This document shows, piece by piece, positions 18,248 through 26,067 of a DNA stretch of 32,000 nucleotides. Both the position numbers and the translations under genes were made by a program. The notes beneath the pieces were generated by a model that did not search any database, had not been told where the DNA came from, and saw only the letters and a list, made by a program, of their open reading frames with translations. Position 1 is the stretch's first letter, and the number at the start of each line of letters is the position of its first letter. The DNA is from Promethearchaeota archaeon (GTDB taxonomy: Archaea > Asgardarchaeota > Lokiarchaeia > Sigyniarchaeales > SOKP01), in the NCBI GenBank assembly GCA_030606485.1, contig JAUWGH010000008.1:150001-182000 (forward strand), in the 5' to 3' direction.

Positions 18248-19147
18248 CTATAAATTTTTATGCTCTTTCATAAAATTGAGACCCTCATCTAAATCTAAAA
18301 CTTTTAATTTATTTCCCAATATTTTTTTAAGCTTGGATATATTGAGTGAAGCATTTTTTGGTCTAATGGCTTTTTGTTTAAAAAATTTAATTGGTTGGAT
18401 TAAATTTTGTGAAAAATTAAAAACTTCAGCACATTTTACTGCCATTTCATATCGATTGAGAGCACAATCTCCAACAGTATGAATAATTTCTGATTTATTA
18501 TGATCAATTAAATGTAATAAAATTTCTGCTAAGTTATTTGCTAAAGTTGGAGAATTTATTTGATTAGTAATAATTTTTATTTTATTACCATTTTCTAGAT
18601 TATTTAATATCCAAGTTATGAAATTCTTCCTATGTGGATACCAACCATACAAAACAGCAGTTCTGCAAATTATATAATCAATTCCTGCATTTGTAATGCG
18701 TTTTTCACCTTCAAATTTCGTTTTCGCATAGTAGTTTAATGGCTTAGGGTCTTCAGTTTCTGAATAATCTCCTTTTTTGCCATCAAAAACAAAATCTGTT
18801 GAGAGGAATATTATTTTTGAATTTATTTTTTTGCATCCTAAAGCTACATTTTCAGGACCAAGAATATTTAGATCATGAGCAAATCTCTTCTTATCTTCGC
18901 ATTCATCAACATTGGTATAGGCTGCAGTTAAAATAACAGTATTTGGGTTTATTTTTTTAATAGTCTCTATAGTTTTTTCCCTATTTGTAATATCAATTCT
19001 CTTAAAATCAATCTCTTTTGGGATTCTATTGTTTTGAATGTCTGAAGCAATTGGAATAAATTTATGGTTGTAATTTTCATTTTGAATATAGTGAATTAAT
19101 TTACTCCCTAAGAACCCATTTGCTCCTATTATTAAAACTTTCTGCAA
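18248..19147 (-). CDS. rfbD: dTDP-4-dehydrorhamnose reductase
   Basis: GANGFLG, AAYTNVDECE, STDFVFDG, YAKTK (YxxxK), SPT, RP motifs. Confidence 0.93.
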   Translation of the reverse strand: MQKVLIIGANGFLGSKLIHYIQNENYNHKFIPIASDIQNNRIPKEIDFKRIDITNREKTIETIKKINPNTVILTAAYTNVDECEDKKRFAHDLNILGPENVALGCKKINSKIIFLSTDFVFDGKKGDYSETEDPKPLNYYAKTKFEGEKRITNAGIDYIICRTAVLYGWYPHRKNFITWILNNLENGNKIKIITNQINSPTLANNLAEILLHLIDHNKSEIIHTVGDCALNRYEMAVKCAEVFNFSQNLIQPIKFFKQKAIRPKNASLNISKLKKILGNKLKVLDLDEGLNFMKEHKNL

Positions 19148-19177
19148 GATTTCTTAAAACCAATTTTTTTAAAATAT

Positions 19178-20200
19178 TTAACGGTCCTTATACATTTTTT
19201 CATAATATTGAAGATAATCTTCATTGATAACATGGTCTAGCCAATCTTGATTTTTTAAATACCATTGCACTGTATACTTTAATCCATCTTCAATATTGGT
19301 TTTTGGTTCCCAAGATAACTCATTCATAATTTTCTTAAAATTAATTGCATATCTTAAATCATGCCCCGGTCGATCTTTTACAAATTTAATTAAAGTTTCT
19401 GATTTATTTAAAATAGATAAAAGTTTTTTGACCAATTCTAAATTTGAAATTTCAGAATTGCCCCCAATATTATAAATCTCTCCTGGAATTCCATCCTTTA
19501 AAATTAAAAATATTGCTTCGCAATGGTCTTCTACAAAAATCCAATCTCTGATATTTTGTCCGGTTCCATAGATTGGCAATTCTTGATTATTCCTCGCATT
19601 ATTAATCATTAAAGGTATTAATTTTTCAGGAAATTGATAAGGACCGTAATTATTTGAGCAACGGGTGATATTGACTGGTAAATCGAAAGTTTTAAAATAT
19701 GAGCGGACGATTAAATCTGCCGATGCTTTACTTGCAGAATAAGGACTATTTGGTTTTAGTGGTAGATCTTCAGTAAAAGCAGGGTCTTTAAAATTCAACG
19801 ATCCATAGACTTCATCGGTTGAGATTTGGATAAATTTTTTAATTTTTAATTTTTTTGCTACGTTCAGTAAAGATTGAGTTCCTAAGATATTTGTTTTTAT
19901 GAAAATATCAGGATTATCAATAGACCTATCTACATGTGTTTCTGCCGCAAAATTTACAATATAATCGATATTTTCATTCTTTGCGACTTCTAGAATATGA
20001 TCAAAATCACAAATATCGCATTTATAAAATTTATATAAATTCTCATCAAAACCTTCAAATTCTAATAGATTTTCGGGATTTCCAGCATATGTTAAATAAT
20101 CTAAATTAATAACTTTATAATTTTTATGAGTTTTTAATAAGTAGTGAATAAAATTGCTTCCAATAAATCCCATGCCTCCAGAAACTAAAATCGATTCCAT
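19178..20200 (-). CDS. rfbB: dTDP-glucose 4,6-dehydratase
   Basis: GGMGFIG, DYLTYAGN, AAETHVDRSI, STDEVYG, PYSASK, RCSNNYGPYQFPEKLIP, DRPGHDLRY. The in-frame ATG at 20200 is preferred over the TTG at 20215. Confidence 0.96.
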   Translation of the reverse strand: MESILVSGGMGFIGSNFIHYLLKTHKNYKVINLDYLTYAGNPENLLEFEGFDENLYKFYKCDICDFDHILEVAKNENIDYIVNFAAETHVDRSIDNPDIFIKTNILGTQSLLNVAKKLKIKKFIQISTDEVYGSLNFKDPAFTEDLPLKPNSPYSASKASADLIVRSYFKTFDLPVNITRCSNNYGPYQFPEKLIPLMINNARNNQELPIYGTGQNIRDWIFVEDHCEAIFLILKDGIPGEIYNIGGNSEISNLELVKKLLSILNKSETLIKFVKDRPGHDLRYAINFKKIMNELSWEPKTNIEDGLKYTVQWYLKNQDWLDHVINEDYLQYYEKMYKDR

Positions 20201-20227
20201 CTTTCCTTTCTCCAAGTAATAAAATTT

Positions 20228-20692
20228 CTAACCCATTTTAATTTCCCAATCATAATCTATTTCTTTTGAATCGTATGGTAATCGATATTCATCTGGAGTA
20301 TCATAGTTATAAAGTTCCGTTGGACAATTTAGAATTACGGCTTCTTTTCCCCCAATAGCTTTAAACCCATGCCAAACATGATTGGGAATAGTCAATAAAA
20401 TCGGATTTTTCTCCCCCATAAAAAATTCATTTATCTTTTTATATGTTGGTAAATCTTTGCGATTATCACATAAAACAATTTTAGCATTACCTTTGATACA
20501 AACAAAGTAATCAGTTTGAATTTTATGATAGTGCCACGCTTTAACTACGTTTGGATATGCCACTGTAATATATACTTGTCCAAATTTTTTAAACATTGAC
20601 CAATCCGACCTAAAACATTCCATTAAATAACCTCTTTCATCTAAAATTGTATTTAACTTTTTTATCTTAACTCCTTCTATTAAATCTTCCAT
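20228..20692 (-). CDS. rfbC: dTDP-4-dehydrorhamnose 3,5-epimerase family (short cupin type)
   Basis: DERGYLME, VKAWHYH, VWHGF, located inside the rfb cluster. Confidence 0.9.
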   Translation of the reverse strand: MEDLIEGVKIKKLNTILDERGYLMECFRSDWSMFKKFGQVYITVAYPNVVKAWHYHKIQTDYFVCIKGNAKIVLCDNRKDLPTYKKINEFFMGEKNPILLTIPNHVWHGFKAIGGKEAVILNCPTELYNYDTPDEYRLPYDSKEIDYDWEIKMG

Positions 20693-20725
20693 AATTTTTT
20701 CCTCAATTTTTGAATATTATATAAT

Positions 20726-21466
20726 TTATTCTTTATTCAATTGATTTTTTACAAAATTACTGCATTTCAATAATGTCTTAAAAGTTCCTGCATCAGACCA
20801 AAATCCTTTAAAAATTTTAGATTTAGTTTTTCCCTTTTTTATATAATAATTATTAACGTCAGTTATTTCTAATTCTCCCCTTGCTGAATAGCCAATCTCC
20901 TTAATTACATTTTCAATAATATCAAAGACATTCTCATCATAAAAATATAATCCGGTAACGCATAAGTTTGATTTTGGCTCTTTGGGTTTCTCCTCAATAT
21001 TAAGGATTTTCCCATCTTCATCAATTTCTGCAACTCCAAATCGTTCAGGATCAGGTACTTCTTTTAAAAATAACATACACTCCCAATTGTTGGAATTTTC
21101 AAATTCTTGGACCTCCTCCTTAAATTTATCTTCAAAGATATTATCACCTAATATAACAGCGATTTTATGACCTTTAACTATATGTTTTGTTAAACTTAAT
21201 GCCTCAGCAATCCCACCAGCACCTTCTTGATAAACATAACTAAACTTTGCCCCAAATTCTTTTCCATCACCTAGTAATTTAATAAAATCTCCAACGCTTT
21301 CTCCACCTAAGACAATTACAATATCATTTATTCCTGAATTTGATAAAGTTTTTATGACTTTATAAATCATAGGTTCATTATAAACCGCTAATAGATGCTT
21401 ATTGGTAACTTTTGTCAATGGAGATAATCGAGAACCAGTTCCTCCAGCCAATATTACTCCTTTAAT
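20726..21466 (-). CDS. rfbA: Glucose-1-phosphate thymidylyltransferase (short, SpsI-like type)
   Basis: KGVILAGGTGSRL, NKHLL, YQEGAGGIAEA, ILGDN, PERFGV, ELEITD, WSDAGT. The conserved N-terminus extends upstream of the ORF-track TTG at 21451; start placed tentatively at ATT 21466. Confidence 0.88.
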   Translation of the reverse strand: MKGVILAGGTGSRLSPLTKVTNKHLLAVYNEPMIYKVIKTLSNSGINDIVIVLGGESVGDFIKLLGDGKEFGAKFSYVYQEGAGGIAEALSLTKHIVKGHKIAVILGDNIFEDKFKEEVQEFENSNNWECMLFLKEVPDPERFGVAEIDEDGKILNIEEKPKEPKSNLCVTGLYFYDENVFDIIENVIKEIGYSARGELEITDVNNYYIKKGKTKSKIFKGFWSDAGTFKTLLKCSNFVKNQLNKE

Positions 21467-21869
21467 TATAAATCACAATATTCTTCTTTTTTTTTGATAA
21501 GTCAATAAAAGTAATATTAAATAATAATAAGCTAAAAATAATTTAAAATTTAGTAAGAATTTTATTTTTCTAAAAATTTGATTTTATTCCAAAAAATAAT
21601 GAAGAATATATTTTAAAAAAAAGATCCAAAAATGGAAATTTGATTTTTTTTAAATCAATCTATTTAAAAGTATTTAAACCATTTAAAGGGTTATTTCCGG
21701 TAAAATATTTCGAGATTAACATAATTCTTTTAATCTCATTATTAATTAGACTCATTTTCTGAATAGTTTTATTCATAATTGGATTTATTATTATTTTTCT
21801 CTACTTTATTATTTTCTTCAATATACTTATTCTCATTTTTAAATGATTTCTTTTAAAAATATAATTTTT

Positions 21870-21880
21870 AAAATTACATC
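21870..21880 (+). repeat. Left copy of 11-bp direct repeat AAAATTACATC
   Basis: Identical to 23267-23277; sits exactly at the switch from very AT-rich to ~50% GC DNA. Confidence 0.75.
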
Positions 21881-21975
21881 CATGGTTTTCAGCCAGGCTT
21901 CTGTCTCGGCTTTTTACTCAAGCATAAATGGATCGGTGGGACGAATTCTCGGCGTGAGGGGGTAGAGGTCGCATA

Positions 21976-23139
21976 CTATTGAAAACTTAAATTCAATTTA
22001 AATCCGGGAACAGCTGGAAGTTCAACCCAACAGATTCCCTCAAAATCGTTAACTCTTTCCGTAACATAATGGACCTCTTTGTTGGGAGAAGTGACTTTTA
22101 AATTTTTTCTAGAAGTAAATTCAATCTTGATGGTAATGTTTGAAGATTCCCATCTGGTATCCCATTTATCTATCTTAATTTCGATTAAGGAATTTGTCAA
22201 AGTAGCGAAATAAGAGTTTCTTTCGATGTATAGCCTACACGCAAGATCTATGGGAGAGCACCACCAAATTTTCTCTCCATATTCATCTATTAATGCATTG
22301 ATTACATTGCAAAATACATCGAAATTATCGCTTTCAGCCATTTCCCAAAAATGATCAAATAAATTATAAATCTCTACTTTTCTTTCTATAAAATCTTGTA
22401 TATTACTCTTGTTATGATAAAAGTATATCAGAGGAATGGTAGGAATTCCTAAAAACTCGTTTCCGTCCGTTAAATTATTCCACTTTTCCTGATAATCGGG
22501 GGTGAACTGAAAAAATCCCAGAAAATTCAAATCTCGAAGGGCTCTTAGAGCTTCTGACGTATATTTGTGTCCAGGAAATCTCATTAACAAGATTTCGTTA
22601 TTGTTCAGTCCTATATTCGCATATGCTTGTCTCGCTTTATTCAACCGTTCGTAACAATATTCATATTTCACTGCTTGGGGGTCGCAAATTGGATTAAATT
22701 CGTGGTCTGTACGAGATCCGTTTGGAGGGCGATGATAGTAACCGTGATTCCCTAGCGTGATCCACTCATAATTTTCACCTAATTGAAGTAATTTCCATAA
22801 ACTTCGGCCGTTTATCTCATTTGTGTATGATTCGTCAACAGTTTCAATATTTTGTTTATTATTATCATAAATGAGAAGATTGCACGGGACAGTTTGTAAA
22901 ATGACTTGGATTTGTGGATACTTCTCGTGAAATACATTTATTAAAAAGTCTAAATCAGACAATTTAGAAGTGGCTACAATATCATCAGGGGAATAGAATA
23001 CTGCGATCTCCTTTTTAATTGGGAATTTCATAATTTTTACATTCTTTATTGAATCTCCAAAATGAACACATAATATGGAGAGGAAGCAAAAAGAAGAGAG
23101 AATCAGAAGGATTAATCCAATTGTTGCTTTAGTCTTCAC
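21976..23139 (-). CDS. Membrane-anchored/secreted polysaccharide deacetylase-like protein (NodB/CE4-type fold, DUF2334-like)
   Basis: N-terminal hydrophobic helix; SPDD (motif 1-like), LGNHGYYH (metal-binding His pair), MRFPG motif. GGTGAG RBS 4 nt before the GTG start. Confidence 0.65.
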   Translation of the reverse strand: MKTKATIGLILLILSSFCFLSILCVHFGDSIKNVKIMKFPIKKEIAVFYSPDDIVATSKLSDLDFLINVFHEKYPQIQVILQTVPCNLLIYDNNKQNIETVDESYTNEINGRSLWKLLQLGENYEWITLGNHGYYHRPPNGSRTDHEFNPICDPQAVKYEYCYERLNKARQAYANIGLNNNEILLMRFPGHKYTSEALRALRDLNFLGFFQFTPDYQEKWNNLTDGNEFLGIPTIPLIYFYHNKSNIQDFIERKVEIYNLFDHFWEMAESDNFDVFCNVINALIDEYGEKIWWCSPIDLACRLYIERNSYFATLTNSLIEIKIDKWDTRWESSNITIKIEFTSRKNLKVTSPNKEVHYVTERVNDFEGICWVELPAVPGFKLNLSFQ

Positions 23140-23220
23140 TTAACTCACCATAATTGGGAAATAGGTATTTTTTACCAATAATCTAGCCGTTTGGGTATCT
23201 ATTGATATTTGGGACAAATT

Positions 23221-23249
23221 GCACCTCGGAGGTGCGCCGCCACTCGGCG
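23221..23249. other. Two abutting GC-rich hairpins (GCACCT-cgg-AGGTGC; GCCG-ccact-CGGC)
   Basis: Perfect inverted repeats visible in the sequence, in an otherwise AT-rich intergenic region. Confidence 0.7.
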
Positions 23250-23266
23250 ACATCAATATTTATATG

Positions 23267-23277
23267 AAAATTACATC
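23267..23277 (+). repeat. Right copy of 11-bp direct repeat AAAATTACATC
   Basis: Identical to 21870-21880; abuts the stop codon of the truncated rfbA copy. Confidence 0.75.
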
Positions 23278-23580
23278 TCAATTTTTTACTAGTTTTTCTT
23301 TTTTTGCTTCTGCAATACCACCAGCACCTTCTTGATAAACATAACTAAAGTTAGCTCCAAATTCTTTTCCATTTCCTAATAATCTAATAAAATCTCCAAC
23401 ACTTTCTCCTCCTAATACTATAATAATATCTCTAATCCATGAATTTGTTAAGGTTTTAATCACTTTATAAATCATTGGTTCATCATAAACCGCCAATAAA
23501 TGCTTATTAGTAACATTTGTTAATGAAGACATTCGAGATCCAGTTCCACCAGCTAATATTACTCCTTTAATTTTTCTCAC
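23278..23580 (-). pseudogene. rfbA: Truncated paralog of glucose-1-phosphate thymidylyltransferase (N-terminal ~90 aa only)
   Basis: 78/89 aa identical to the start of the full rfbA. Homology stops after GIAEA (~23305) and is followed by an A-rich tail (KKEKLVKN*). Has a G-to-W change. GTG at 23580 is the likely start. Confidence 0.85.
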
Positions 23581-23704
23581 TATTTTTACTTTATCTTCTA
23601 ACAATTGCTGATTATTTATAAATAATATATAAAGAAAATTATTTAAAAATTAGATAGAAACTAATTAATTATAAAGATTTAGAAAAAAATGAATAATTGT
23701 ACGA

Positions 23705-23995
23705 CTATAAGTTAAGGATTTTGAGTATTTGACTGTTCTGATTATCATAATAAATTTTTAATTTACTAATTTTGCTTAAACTTATTGCATCCTTTTTATT
23801 TTTAACTAATGTGATAACTTTTACTACTGAAGAATCTTGTAATCTATTTTCATTTTCGATAATATATTGTTTAAATGTATTGGGAAATAAATTAGGAAAT
23901 TGGTCAAAAAGCAATTTTAATTCATTTACTCCCAAATCTTTAATTAAAATATTTGGTTCTTCTGCCTTTTCTAAAAAATTTTGAACAATATTCAA
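23705..23995 (-). CDS. Hypothetical protein
   Basis: 96-aa ORF (TTG start), co-directional with rph, amino-acid usage like its neighbours; no motif recognised. Confidence 0.5.
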   Translation of the reverse strand: MNIVQNFLEKAEEPNILIKDLGVNELKLLFDQFPNLFPNTFKQYIIENENRLQDSSVVKVITLVKNKKDAISLSKISKLKIYYDNQNSQILKILNL

Positions 23996-24078
23996 ATTTA
24001 ATATATTTTCCAGATTTTATCACATATTAATTTCAATTTTAATAATATAAAAAGGAAAAGAATATTTTAAAATAATTT

Positions 24079-24813
24079 TTATTTTAAGTTTAAAGATTTT
24101 CGTTGGAGTTCTATTATTTCTATTATTCCCTTTTTCCCCAGATTTAATAGATCTAGTAATTGTTGATGATCAAATGGATTTTTTTCTGCTGTTCCTTGAA
24201 CCTCAATAAACTTCTCTTGTTCATTCATTATAATATTCATATCTACATCTACTCTTGAATCTTCTTCATAATTTAGATCTAATATTGGATATCCATCTCT
24301 CATTCCTACAGATATCGCAGCAGTGATTACGTAATCGGGGAATTTCTGAATTAAACCCTCGTTATGTAAGTATCTTATTGAATCAAACACTGCAACAAAT
24401 CCTCCAGTTATAGATGCACATCTTGTCCCTCCATCTGCTTGGATTACATCACAATCCACTTTTATTGTTCTTTCTCCCAATTGTCTTAAATTAAAAGCCG
24501 CTCTCAAACTTCTTCCTATTATCCTTTGGATTTCAATAGTTCTTCCTCTTAAAAATCCTCTTCTACTTTCTCGATTATTTCTGATTTGCGTTGCTCTCGG
24601 AAGCATATTATACTCGGCAGTTATCCAACCAGAACCTGAATCTTGTAAAAACCTTGGGACTGATTCATCAATCGAAGCTGTTATTACTACTTTAGTATTT
24701 CCTTGGGAAATTAAAACTGATCCTTCTGGATACATTAGGTAATTACGTTCAATTTTAAGTTTCCGTAAGTCATCATTTTTTCTTCCATCAATTCGTTTAT
24801 CTAATAGTGTCAT
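24079..24813 (-). CDS. rph: Ribonuclease PH (bacterial type)
   Basis: EGSVLISQGNTKV, GWITAEYNMLPRAT, GRTIEIQRIIGRSLRA, DCDVIQADGGTRCASITG, DLNYEED, DMN, EVQGTAE. Confidence 0.93.
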   Translation of the reverse strand: MTLLDKRIDGRKNDDLRKLKIERNYLMYPEGSVLISQGNTKVVITASIDESVPRFLQDSGSGWITAEYNMLPRATQIRNNRESRRGFLRGRTIEIQRIIGRSLRAAFNLRQLGERTIKVDCDVIQADGGTRCASITGGFVAVFDSIRYLHNEGLIQKFPDYVITAAISVGMRDGYPILDLNYEEDSRVDVDMNIIMNEQEKFIEVQGTAEKNPFDHQQLLDLLNLGKKGIIEIIELQRKSLNLK

Positions 24814-24960
24814 TTAAGATTACCAGAAATGTTCAATTATGTTTTATAAATAACTCAAATCTTATAATATTTTACATATTAACAAACATATAATGGGTAG
24901 TAATGCGTTAATTAATTGGAAAATTTGATTGAGTGTAAATTTATGTATATAATTAAATGT

Positions 24961-26052
24961 TTATTTATTTTCGAAAGATTTTGGAACAAAAGATCCCAAA
25001 ATTTTATACCAGACTGTGATATCTTTCATTTTATTAAGAACTGATTTTATTACTTTGTCGTTTTTGTGACCTTCAAAATCCATTAAAAAAATATATTCCC
25101 AGAGTCCTTGTCGTCTTGGTCTCGATTCTATTTTTAATAGATTTATATTTTCTTCGGCAAATATTCTTAAAACATTATATAATGCACCTGGGGTATGTTT
25201 TGTTGCAAAAACAATTGATGTTTTATAGATATCTGCTGATTCTTTACTTTCTTTTTTAGAAATTACTAAAAATCTTGTGTAATTAGACGAATTATCTTCT
25301 ATTCCCCTAGCGACTATTTCTAAATTATTTAGATTTGCTGCAATCTCGCTTCCAATTGCAACATTTCTATTATCGTCTAGATTCACAATTTTTTTTACAG
25401 CTTGTGCTGTGGAATTTGTTTTAATGATTTCTGCATTAGGAATATTACTTCTAAGCCAAATTCTAGTTTGAGATATTGCTTGTGGGTGTGAATAGACAGC
25501 ATTGATTTTATTTATTTGAGTATCTTCAAAGCCTATTAAGTTTTGAATTATCCTAATCTCGAATTCACTATAAATCTTTAAATTTTTTTCAATTAATAAA
25601 TCTACAGTTTCTCTTACAGTCCCTTGGAGACTATTCTCAATTGGAATGACTCCATAATCTACTTTTTCAGTTTCTATTTCTTTAAATATATCAACAATAG
25701 TATAGGCGTTAATTAATTCAGTTCCAGATTTAGGAAAAAATGTTAATGCTGCCTTATGAGCATGAGTTCCTTCTGGGCCTAAATAGCTCACTTTTATTGT
25801 TTGTCCTTGAACTTCCTTGCAAGCACTGATGATTTCTTTCCAAATTGTTATTATGTTTGTCCTTAATAATAAGCTTTTTTCTTGAACATTCTTAATTACT
25901 ATTTTTTCTCTTTCGGGCTGATAAATATTTATTCCTAATTTTTCCTTTTTTTCTCCGATTAATTTTGAAATTTCAGCCCTTTTTTCTAATAATTCAACGA
26001 TTTTTTCGTCCAGTTCATCAATTAAGGCTCTAAATTTTTTCAAGTCTTCCAT
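24961..26052 (-). CDS. pheA: Bifunctional chorismate mutase / prephenate dehydratase with ACT domain
   Basis: N-terminal AroQ (RALIDELDEKIVELLEKR), YLGPEGT, PIENSLQG, SHPQA, NYTRF, ACT domain PGALY...NLLKIESRP. Confidence 0.93.
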   Translation of the reverse strand: MEDLKKFRALIDELDEKIVELLEKRAEISKLIGEKKEKLGINIYQPEREKIVIKNVQEKSLLLRTNIITIWKEIISACKEVQGQTIKVSYLGPEGTHAHKAALTFFPKSGTELINAYTIVDIFKEIETEKVDYGVIPIENSLQGTVRETVDLLIEKNLKIYSEFEIRIIQNLIGFEDTQINKINAVYSHPQAISQTRIWLRSNIPNAEIIKTNSTAQAVKKIVNLDDNRNVAIGSEIAANLNNLEIVARGIEDNSSNYTRFLVISKKESKESADIYKTSIVFATKHTPGALYNVLRIFAEENINLLKIESRPRRQGLWEYIFLMDFEGHKNDKVIKSVLNKMKDITVWYKILGSFVPKSFENK

Positions 26053-26067
26053 TATTCTTCCTTTTTC

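Larger units (their letters stand above)
21870..23277. mobile_element. Putative non-autonomous insertion cassette bounded by 11-bp direct repeats
   Basis: Perfect 11-bp DR at both ends, higher GC than the flanks, a single passenger gene and GC-rich hairpins near the right end. Inner ends read CAT...ATG. No transposase and no extended TIR. Confidence 0.5.

Noticed and set aside
21473-21478. TTG-TGA upstream of rfbA as a selenocysteine or readthrough start
   Set aside because: RfbA is not a selenoprotein family, the position has no catalytic Cys, and no SECIS-like hairpin was identified.
21481-21869. Very AT-rich intergenic stretch as a replication origin or small ORF
   Set aside because: No ORB-like repeats or cdc6/orc1 nearby; only short low-complexity ORFs (38 aa or less). 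Similar AT-rich spacers occur throughout the window.
21881-23249. GC-rich patches (21881-21975, 23221-23249) as tRNA or tRNA-fragment integration sites
   Set aside because: No acceptor stem, TTCRA T-loop or CCA pattern could be built.
24079-24813. Archaeal exosome subunit Rrp41
   Set aside because: The motifs are bacterial RNase PH-type, and no rrp42/rrp4 neighbours are present.
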